Below, one piece after another: positions 51,400 to 64,000 of a DNA stretch of 64,000 nt. Under the pieces are notes generated by a model. That model searched no databases, had not been told where the DNA came from, and was given only the letters and a program-made list of their open reading frames with translations. Numbering within the stretch: the first letter of the stretch is position 1; every line of letters begins with the position of its first letter. Source of the DNA: Octopus sinensis (Eukaryota); assembly GCF_006345805.1 (NCBI RefSeq), contig NC_042999.1, positions 120,466,001-120,530,000 of the forward strand. Direction: 5' to 3'. The position numbers and the translations under genes were made by a program.

Positions 51400-52560
51400 G
51401 TGCCTAGACAACCTGGAAGAGAAAGAGTTAAGAACACTAATATGATAAAAATAACAGAAACAAGAGAACTGTACCAAATAACTCATAGAGATACTTAAGA
51501 AGCAATGAAGAGAACTGCCTATAATACAGGCAGCTGTAAATACGTAAGGAATGACTATTATATACACATTACCTTCATACTTAAAACAGTACTATGTGTA
51601 AGAAAACGTAATCAACCACAATAATCTAGGTCTTATCGATATAGTTTTAATACTCTCAAATCTATGTTAATTGAATTACCAACGCTTAATAGTAAAACAA
51701 GAAAAATAATTACAATATATAGAAATGACCAACGAAAATTCGGTAAAGAATGATTGTATTTGCAACGAAAAGTAAGGCGTAAATGATTAATCAACAAACA
51801 AGCTTTCCTGAAATATTCAATGACGTATATATAATAAAACCAATGACAAAATGCGACGAAATCAAATTATTGGTATTTTTCTCTTTATGGGAGCTAGAAC
51901 GTACTAAGTGGAGCAAATGTGGTCACAAGAAAGAGGTCACACGTCAACAGCAAATGCGATACAGTTAAAAACTAAGCCACAGAAGAAATATTAACATGGC
52001 ATAGGAATTCCTTCGGCAGCTAATGTGTAAACGAAACTTTAACTGGTTGAAAATGGACAAGAAAAATCGCAGCCTTGGCACAGAAGTTTAAAACACATAG
52101 TTGCCTGCAGCACATCAAAGCGTTATCGTCGAAAACTATGAAAAAAGCAGGTGAATATCAGAGAATACATTAATTGCAAAATGTATGGAGAATATGAATT
52201 AACAGTAAACTAAAATGTCTCTGGTTACTCAGCATATGGCCATAAAGAACAAATATATAGGCATTAGAATATATTATTACAGAAATATGAAATAAGAAAA
52301 GAGTTGAGAGAAATGTACTCTAGAGCTGACCTAGAAAATGACAAAGCCAAATATTCTACAATATACAAACCTACACAGTTATACGTAACAAAGCAAATCG
52401 GTTGAAAGTTGTTAACGACCATCACAAATCGAAGTGTGACCCCGTCAAACAAATTTTTAACCCAACCGATAATAAAGTATATCAAACAGAAATCAAGAAA
52501 GGTTCCAAGGATATGAAAATAGACCTAGTCTGAGTGGACTAGAAACAAATTATTGCTATA
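51400..52560 (+). mobile_element. Possible highly decayed N-terminal part of another R4/Dong-like element
   Basis: A-rich coding-like sequence with weak motifs (ITETRELYQ, QPWHRSLK); no RT motif recovered. Confidence 0.3.
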
Positions 52561-52769
52561 ATAATGGATTCCTTGCGAATATTAAAATCAAGCATGTAGA
52601 CAAATATAGAAACAAAAATATGCTCAACATATAGAAAATATTACTGCTATGAATCGCACAGATATTGCGTAGAGTATGAATCATATGTGTACGTTCAATA
52701 CAATAGGAAATACAAAAACAAAGTATACATTGCATACAGAGTTGCAATTGAAAACAATAACCTTAAAAA

Positions 52770-52785
52770 TAATAATAATATTAAT

Positions 52786-52840
<55 letters not shown>

Positions 52841-52859
52841 TAATAATAATAATAATAAT

Positions 52860-52891
<32 letters not shown>

Positions 52892-52940
52892 AAAGAACAG
52901 CAACAACAGTAACAACAACAACAATAATAATTGTTATTAT
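52770..52940. repeat. (AAT)n-(AAC)n microsatellite
   Basis: Direct reading of the sequence. Confidence 0.95.
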
Positions 52941-52944
52941 TATT

Positions 52945-55454
<2,510 letters not shown>

Positions 55455-55489
55455 TTTCTTCATTAACCACAAAGAGTTTACATTAATAA

Positions 55490-56545
55490 AAACGTTATGG
55501 ACAAATTATTATATACTTGACCAAAAACGATATAAAGAAACTTGAAAGAACGCCTAGGAAATTGTTAACGCTGTAACGAGCTCACCGCCCGAAAGCTGAT
55601 ATCGACCTGCTGTATCTGAGGAGAGACCAAAGTGTAAAAGGTTTAATAGCAGTAGAAGAATGTGTAAACATGGAAAGAAAAGGTGTAGAGGAGAATTTAC
55701 AGAGCAGCACAGAAAAACTACTAAAGACAATTAATAAAGAGCGGATGATGAAGTGCGTAATAGGAGAAGAGGACAAGAATGAAAGAGAGCACGTCAAACA
55801 CATCGAAGAGAAACCACTGCGTAACCAATTTTGGAGAGCTACTGAAGACGTATGTGGAACAAATTGTGGGGCTTGGTTAAAAAGAGGGACAATTAAAAAA
55901 AGAAACAGAGAGCCTAATTGTAGCAGCCTAGGATCAAGTGATATAAACAAACAACTTGAGAAAAAATATATATGGAGAGAACGCGTCAGAAAAAATGTAG
56001 AATGTAGAGCCTAGGAAACTTTAAACGATACATTGGCACTCATTGCGCCAGAATGCCCTAAGTTGGTGCAGAAAGAATATAAGAAATAAAAGTTCTACCA
56101 GATTGTAAAAGTTATACATTTGAAACTGTGCAAGAAATGGAGATTTGAAACTGGAAACACATGGTACTGTAGTCGGAGAAATGTAAGATTTTCTGGGACT
56201 TTCTTATTCAAACGGACAAGAAGTTAGAAAATAATTGACCAGACAACAATTATAAATAAGGAGAAGCGAAGTTGCTTACCTATCGATCCATCATACTCGT
56301 TTGGTTTCAGGATCGTAAAGAACGAGGGAGGAAAACCAAAAAAAATACAAGTTTTTAAAATTTGAAATAGGAAGTATTTGGAGCATGAAAACAGCAAAGG
56401 CTGTGCCTATGATAATTGGTGTGTTGGGAACAGAAGCAAAGATATAGACAAATGGCTGAAGGAGTTTGAAGTAGAATCCCTGGAAACCTATCTCTTAGGG
56501 ACAGCAAGGATTATCAGGAGGGTCCTAAGCACTTGAAAGGCTGAT
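55490..56545 (+). mobile_element. R4/Dong-like non-LTR retrotransposon 3, 3' fragment
   Basis: HRPKADIDLLYL.R...KGLIAVEECV...QFWRATED...WLKRG.IKK...ECPKLVQKEYK...VPMIIGVLG...LLGTARIIRRVL*. DNA at 55825-55870 matches 50390-50430 of element 1. Confidence 0.85.
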
Positions 56546-56550
56546 GAAAA

Positions 56551-57169
56551 TACAGTTCTTTATTTAAGAGATGAGGAATTATGTACATTATTTACATTAC
56601 TTTCATTTGACGGATATTTGTCTTCATCTCATCAGGTGCCTTGGTGAAATTTCGGACCTGGGTTCTCATTCCTAAGGTATTTTTCGATGTTGTTATAATA
56701 CACTTACTATTATTATTATTATTATTGAGTGAGAGAGCAGTTCATGCCATCAAAGTGACACTGGGGTAAAATATACGAAGCCCAATATACCCATCATGAC
56801 TACCCGTCTGATAAAGGTACACCAGGCACATGCATCACAACCATATGTGCGCGACATGGTGATCTCATATCAAGATAAACAGCACATGACCTTGCAGGTG
56901 GGGCCCAGTTAGAATTTTCTTCAGGTTGAGTAGCCCATCCTGCTCAAAAGGTCCCTGAATAAGGATTGTTTAAGGATGTTGAAAGAACCACCCATGTTTC
57001 CAGAGGTAAATTATTCAAACTCCAAAGAATCCCTCTCAACACATGGCTATGATGCTCCCCCACTACTTCTGCTCGTGATCAGAGATGCACATATCGTCAG
57101 CCACTAAGGGACATGCTCAACTGGTTAAGGTCAAACAACTGACAAGCAAATCTGTGGTATTGAGCAGAA

Positions 57170-57213
<44 letters not shown>

Positions 57214-57282
57214 TCATTGCCTTGACTCGATCTCGGAATCTTGGAGTTAGTAGCCTGCGCTCTTAACCAATACGCCATATGG
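56551..57282 (-). mobile_element. SINE family B copy with hammerhead deleted and a nested insertion in its (AAT)n
   Basis: Head 57210-57282 and tail 56551-56693 match 49026-49318 in reverse; tail lacks ~45 nt at ~56629. Confidence 0.8.
56727..57170. mobile_element. Unclassified ~445-bp interspersed element inserted in (ATT)n
   Basis: Bounded by (ATT)n on both sides, splits the family B SINE; a partial inverted copy of its end lies at 57473-57533. Confidence 0.55.
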
Positions 57283-59209
57283 ATAACAGAGGTTACATGT
57301 AATAACCCGCTACCCACTTAATTCCTACTAAGAATAAGACCGAACCCAAGCTAAACCAAAATAAATATAAATGCGCTGGTGTACAAGGCAGTGGCTCTCA
57401 AAGCTTCTGATCTTAACTGATAGGAAAAGTTAACATGTACATCTTTGTTTATGTAAAAGATGGGCAAGAGCAAATATTCTGCTCAGTTGCATGCCCATAA
57501 CCAGTTGAGCATGTCCCTCAGGGGCTGATGATATCATCGCATAATAAATGAAACGACACATTCATCGAATTCTATAAAAAGGCATCGAAACCATAGCTAT
57601 ATCTCTGCTATATTAATCTCCTGATTTCGCGAGACGTGATTATAGAGAGCGAGTAAAATAATTATATAAGATATAAAATCAGTCTCTTTCTGCCAAAACA
57701 GCGTACGGATAAAGTAGAATGAGAGCTTTTATATGTAAGCATATGGGCTGAGTTTTCAGCAGGTATTTGAAATTTAAGAGGCTCAGATATTCTAAGTCTA
57801 ATCTTAAGTATCTATCGCTCAATTAATAGCATCGTTCATACCTTAACGGCTTATTCATCTGCAAAACCATGAATGAAAGACACGTAAAATCTGGAAAAAA
57901 CTTTAAATATTTTAAGAACTTGACCTCAGATACTTTACTGATATGAACATTTAGCTATATAATTTAACGTTAATAGCAAGTTCTAGTCATACATTAAACC
58001 AAATGACGCAGAACTGTATATAGGTTGCAATAAAAGCCAGCTATTCCATGTTCTAAAAAATGTACACTGCAGTTAACTAAGAAAATATTGTACAGTAGAA
58101 AAGAAACGTGGAAGAAGTGAAAGACAAATTACTGAACACACTAGAATAATATATTTAGATTATCAGTGATGTTATATGATAACTTTGTCGAAGGCGATAT
58201 GCATTCTATACATTGAAATGACGTTTAGGTATTGATACACAAACGGGTATTTGACCCAACATGCAACCAAACATGCCGCAAAATATTGTCCTAAAAATAA
58301 TTTAAGTCACCCCAATATATTTCAGTATTATTTTCTACACCGATAAATATGTAACGTAACAAAGTGTATAATCTTCGCCACCATTCTCAAAAACCATCCT
58401 CTTAATCCCATTCTTTCTTTCATCGGCTCTACAAGAATGTGCTACCCTTATACGATCGATCTTTTAATTCGAATTGCTCAGGTCAGAGATTATTACGAGA
58501 TGTATGCATAACAACTAGTGCCTGTTATCGAACTGGTTTAGGCACCTAGCATACTGGATTTTACGCACAGTTTAACACAGTTTAGTCTTATCGCAATGAG
58601 GTATAGTTTTTGACATCATTTAGATAACACTTAATAGACGTAGGTAAAGAATATTATACATTTAACATCAACAATATTTTTTCATTAACGAGTTAAATGG
58701 CATAACCTTCCTGATATCTTGATGTGTTTCTGTTTTCACTTTTTATTGTAATTTCCTAGGTGATGTCCGGATCGAGCACGTTACGCTATACAAGTAAGCC
58801 AAATACTAGAATTTCCCTGCCTGAAACTTAAAGTGACACCCACATAATAATTCCATCCTTTAAAATATTGTATGTGTGTGTGTATGTTTGTGTGTGCGTT
58901 TGTGTGTGCATAGACGTTGGTTGTGGCCAGCCAGAGACCTACCCTTGTTTTTGAGCCTACCATTCTCTTAACGATTTAGAGGACTCCTCAGACTTGCTGG
59001 CTAGAGGCACGTTACTTCTCTACTACTGGAAGTAAAAACACAGGGTTCGTCAATCGGGTTTGTGAAAAAAATAATAACCAACATACAATTGAGTGACATC
59101 CTTTCTGAAAAGGAAAGGATGTCACCCAATCTTCGTTTCTGAAAAGGAAAGGATGTTACTCAATCTTCGTTCTTATTTGCTAGTCAGTAGGTAAAGAATT
59201 CTATGTCTT

Positions 59210-59500
59210 CAACATGAATATCCTCTTACGATGGTACCGACTAGACATTTCAGTGTTGGAGTTTAAGAAGCCCGTAGGTGAAACGAATGCTTTAGGATCC
59301 TTTCCCTCTCAGCCAAGCAAAGTTTGCATCGTCTACTCCAGTTAAAGCATTGTGTATGTGTTCCAGGTGCTTGCTTTTAATTCTGAGCAACGTATCTTGT
59401 TCTTTTAAATACCATACCTAGCTGACCCAAGACCAACGATGGTCTTCTGTGGGATCTTAAAGGAGGACTTGTGGTTGTTTAAACGTCGTCTAAAGGCGCC
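59210..59500 (-). mobile_element. Penelope-like GIY-YIG endonuclease C-terminal fragment
   Basis: Frameshift-corrected FRRRLNNHKSSFKIPQK...S*VWYLKEQD...SRRCKLCLAERERILKH...NSNTEMSSR, parallel to the fragment at 14150-14460. Confidence 0.7.
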
Positions 59501-59537
59501 CTTTATATGCATACTCACATACATATCTAAAATATAT

Positions 59538-59596
<59 letters not shown>

Positions 59597-60860
59597 ATAT
59601 AATATATATGATAGTTTATATATATATACCCCCTTTAATAAATTACTGTATCTATTGCGAATAAAATGATAGAAAGAAATAGAGATGTATTTACTGAATG
59701 ATGTTATATTTGGCAATAACCAATATCACCTTTCCCGTGAGAAACAAAGCAATAAAGACTGGATTATTTAGAAACTGTTACTCTTTCAAATGACGGAAAT
59801 TACCAAATTTATTTGTAGAGGAAGGAAGGTAAACAACGTGTATTAAAAGCGGTATGAAGTTCTATCCAAACAGTCTGAACATCTTTGTCCTAAATTACTA
59901 ACGGACATTCTTCAGTCTAGAAGCTTTTCATTCACTTTTGTTTCTGACTACACATGTTAGAATTCAGTAAAATATATACAACTAATTATATTCCTCAAGC
60001 CATGCAATCAGTCGCTTCATGTGGTTCGTCTTGAGAATTCCATTATAACATCTTACATCACTACAAGTGACAGATGATGGAGAGTCTACATTGTTGTTTG
60101 AACTGCTACAAATAACAATTTTTCCTCGCGTCACTCACCAAAGAAAGGGTACATTCTCCCGATTGGAGTGCACCTGATCGTAGGTCTTTTCGATCAATCT
60201 TACTAGGGGATGAACTAGTATCAACAAGTTACTACAGATGTTTTACAAGCCATTTAACTGCATTAATATCACCTTCCTAGAAATATCAGTAAATTCTATG
60301 AGCACTACATTTCCTTATGCTAAATATTCTTAGTTTTAGATACAGTACAGTGACAAGAACTGTGGTCAGTTTTGTATGAAGCAAATGGTGTTACTTAATT
60401 CAATTATGAATAATATTTCTGCAGAGCCTATGAGAATGCGACGAGACTCATTGAAAATAATTTTATGTTCATTTTACATGGTCTACATTTGTATATATAC
60501 AGTGAAGTAACTAAATAAAGACAAATAGGAATCTTAACAACATTTCCTTCATATTTTGTTTCCGATATACCAATTACTCGCTTCTCTGTTAGATATTTTT
60601 AAATATGTGCTCAAATGTATTTATATATTCAATTTGTCTGCTACTATCATTCACGTAGTGAACTGAATTGCTTCTCCCTCTTTCTAAATGTCTATTTGGA
60701 AACAGAGAAAAATGTAGCTTTATTTCTAAGCCGAACGAAATAAATATTTTCTTTCCTAATAACTATAATTCTACTCTTAATTTGGAGCAGTTTTATTATT
60801 TGTATCTAAATACTCTATACATGTAAATATATACATATGTATGTGTATATGTATGTATGC

Positions 60861-60918
<58 letters not shown>

Positions 60919-60923
<5 letters not shown>

Positions 60924-61048
60924 TGGTTCATCAAAAACATTTACTTTACCACACACCGAACTTTTAGAAATAGTAGCTAAAGAATTTAGCTATTTGCTCT
61001 ACTATAAGAAGAGTCTCCCAGACAATGTATACTCAAAAACAATTCATA
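60919..61048 (-). repeat. Truncated second copy of the 7720-8150 repeat (no hammerhead)
   Basis: Direct similarity to 7720-7850; cut off by (TA)n before the HHR position. Confidence 0.75.
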
Positions 61049-61994
61049 TATATATACTCAGATACATACATGCATACATACATATATATATATATATATA
61101 TAATATATATATATATATATACATATATACATATATATCCGCATTTATATATACGTGCTTATATTCATATATGTATGCATGCATATAATTAAATTTTCAT
61201 CTTTTTATATCGAAGTTTCTTCAGAGTTGATTTGGAACAATCCAGTTCTTAAATTCGAATCCGACGGTTTCAGACCAGAACAGTCTCATTTTCAGCAACT
61301 GAAGACATTTGGTGAATGACGTAATTCTTAGAGAGTAGAATTCTAGTTAAATTGCCCGCGCGGGGTTGTTTTTTTCGATGCGTATGATGCATCAGTATTC
61401 ACGTATCGATTATGTCGTCGCGGTCAAATTTTGACCCTTTCGCTTTTATTATCTCCTACATCAATTACTATGTCTTAATGCTTTTGATGTGTGTGTCGTC
61501 GTATTCATTTTGACATTGTAATGCAATATAATTATACTTTTCATAATTGGCCATGTAGTTTTGTATGTCCAATTTGACTGCGACAAACGAATCAACAACT
61601 GAATACTGTTGTTTGACGCTAATAGTAAAAATAAAACATTTGGCGGAATGTCTACAACAATTAAACCAGTGTATAAGAAGCAAAATATATACGAATTATA
61701 TTCAGTTGATGTCAGCGAGACTGTGACAGTCTGTAGACATCGAATATGAATTTAGGAATTCAATTATTCCAAACTATCAGTGAAAATCTAAGACGAAATT
61801 ATGAAAAACACAATATACAAGAGAACATTCTCATATATTTAATGTTTCTCATTCTCTCAGAGTCGATAAATATATTACCAGTGAATATACAAATGAAATT
61901 AATAAAGCATGTATAAAATGAGTCGTTCATCATATGTGCAAGAATATACATTCATATGTATGTAAGTATGTATGTGAGTATATATGTACATTCT

Positions 61995-63620
61995 TTTATT
62001 CTTTTATACGTTTCAGCCCAAAACTGTGACCATGCTAGAATATCGTCAGTGTAATCATCTTTCTGTTGGTTATCCTCATGTGAATGGCTTTAGGTGAAGG
62101 AGGGATTTCGACACTGCTGCCTGCTTTTGAGTTTGTTGGCGTGATATAGGTTCATTTGGGACCTTGGACGGCAGGAGGTCCAGTTGTTTCTTGAAAACAT
62201 CTACCCCTACTCCTCAAAGATCCTTCAACTGTTTTGGCAAGACATTAAATAGTCGTGTGATCTTGAATTCCATGCAGTACATTTTCTTCACTCTAGACGG
62301 TTATAGATGTAACCTTTGGAACTGGGGGCGAGTATAGCTCTCGATGCCAAAGTTTGATGCCAACCCCTCCAAGATCTTCCATACGTATATCACTGCATAC
62401 TTCTCCCGTCATCGCTCCAGGGAGTAGAATTATAGTTCTTTTAGACTATCCCAGTAGCTCAACTATTCCATTGATACAAGCATTTTCGTATAACACCGCC
62501 GAACTGCTCCAAGTTACGTTATTGATTTGAGATTATTTGGTGACCACAGTCGAAAGCAGTATTCAGGCGGCTGAGTACAAATGTTCTCCATATAACCAGT
62601 ATAGGTTCCTGGTCTCTTGTTCTGAAGGCTTTCAGGATCCATCCGGCCATTCGCTTGCACCTTGTCACCATCTTGGTGAAACGTACATGAACCGAGGCTG
62701 TATTGCTGCTGTTAATCCCCAGATCATGCACTGTACTTAACTCTGGGATTGCCGGTTCTTTTCGTCCAAAGTAACGTTGTTGCTAGAGCACTAGTAGGCT
62801 GGTAGCGGAGGGATTGTTATTTTCTTCAGCCTATTTTTACATGGCATCTATGTCTTTCTGTAGATTAGCATCAGAAGGTTCCTTGACCGATTGTACTACT
62901 TTTGTGTTGTTGGCATAGCTAGTAAGTGTAGCTGTCTGTAAAACTGATGGCCTCTCTGAAAGAGTCACCATAAACAGCAGTGGTCCAAGGATAGTTCCCC
63001 GACATATGCCACTCTCTAGTACTGTCTCTATGGAGAGGGTTCAGCTGGCCGCCACAAGATAGCTTCTATCTTTTATAAAGTCATGTAACCACTTCCCCAG
63101 TTTTCCGACTGTGCCGATTTTCCGTGCCTTGTGACATATCGTCCAATGATCATCCTTATTGAAAGGCCTTTGCAAAATCAAGATATATCACATTCACGTT
63201 TGAACAATTCATTAGTCGTTCCAACACCCTGCCATAATGCTGCAAAAGTCGTGTAAGACCGCTTGTGTACGAAGCCATGCTTGGTAACAGGGAGAGAGTC
63301 ATTATCTTCCAGGAACACGATCAGTTTCCTCTTCACAATGCGTTCCATGACTTTGCTGACATGGGAAGTTAAAAATACAGGTCTGCTACTCGCTTATGGA
63401 CAGGTCATATTATGATGTCCTTTAACATTCTGGGAGATCTAATTGTCAGGAAGCCCTAGAAGACGATCTGTAAGGGTCGTGCTAGAGCCCCTTTGCATTT
63501 CGTTAGGAGGATTGCTGGGAATATATCAGGGCATGTGGCTGAGATTGAGACCATTTCGTTAATTGCTGATATTACATCACTTTCCACTATTTCGGTGTGA
63601 TCAATAATTTCCATCTTTCT
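61995..63620 (-). mobile_element. CR1-clade LINE, 5'-truncated and decayed RT
   Basis: Minus strand CPDIFPAILLTKCKGALARPL; IYLDFAKAF (63163-63188); ILGPLLF (~62972-62990); SYANNTK; HDLGI...MAGWILKAFRTRD. Confidence 0.85.
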
Positions 63621-64000
63621 GCTTAGAGCTATAATGCTTAAGAACTCATCAGACATGTGCAACAGTTGCAGCGGAGTTGTGGAAATATTCCTGTATATGT
63701 GTGTGCGCGCGCGCACACGTGTGTATGTGTGTGAATGTGTGTGCGTGGGTGTATGTATGTGTGCTTGTTTGTTTGTGTACATATATATACACACATACAG
63801 TCATACATCTTTATATGTGCATACATACATGATATTTATATATAATAGATAATGAATACATGCAGACAAATAATTTGGTATATTCTACTTCGTTATTTTT
63901 ATCTAACTTACAAGAGTCTATATTTTTTATGTGAATTCGTGTGTTGAAACATATTTTGATGTATCTAGGCAGAGTCATTATGCTAATATTATTAACGCAT

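Noticed and set aside
60139-60276. Minus-strand segment with a good acceptor and gtgagt donor (EGDINAVKWLVKHL...)
   Set aside because: All three frames from that acceptor hit stop codons; no coding exon is supportable.
61255-61300. Hammerhead-like CTGAAAA...GAAA on the minus strand
   Set aside because: Uncompensated G8A, no U16.1 and no stem I.
62005-62055. CTGACGA...GAAACGTA at the CR1 3' end
   Set aside because: No convincing stem II or stem I pairing.

Overview
Eukaryotic, AT-rich, repeat-dominated DNA. The SINE and LINE families and the dense (TA)n/(CA)n/(TACA)n/(GATA)n/(AAT)n microsatellites look like an octopus genome; this is recognition from memory, not a database search. No host gene, rRNA, true tRNA gene or CRISPR array can be supported, and most ORFs in the track are microsatellite artefacts. 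Recognisable content: a near-intact irritans-like mariner (894-2187), a decayed Tc1, four Penelope-like (PLE) fragments, two RTE LINEs (one with a twin-priming-type 5' inversion), a CR1 LINE, a same-strand cluster of R4/Dong-like restriction-endonuclease LINEs set among (TAA)n tracts, several tRNA-derived SINE families and several fold-back inverted repeats. The most notable signal is RNA-level: at least four unrelated type I hammerhead ribozyme (HHR) motifs. One sits in every full unit of a 3.5-copy, 360-bp tandem array (31728-33000) whose monomer is highly self-complementary and whose HHR core carries a compensated U3-A8 variant. This is a retrozyme-like arrangement predicted to release ~360-nt, possibly circular, RNAs. 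Another HHR lies in a composite tRNA-head/(AAT)n/HHR SINE. All ribozyme calls are hand-folded and untested.
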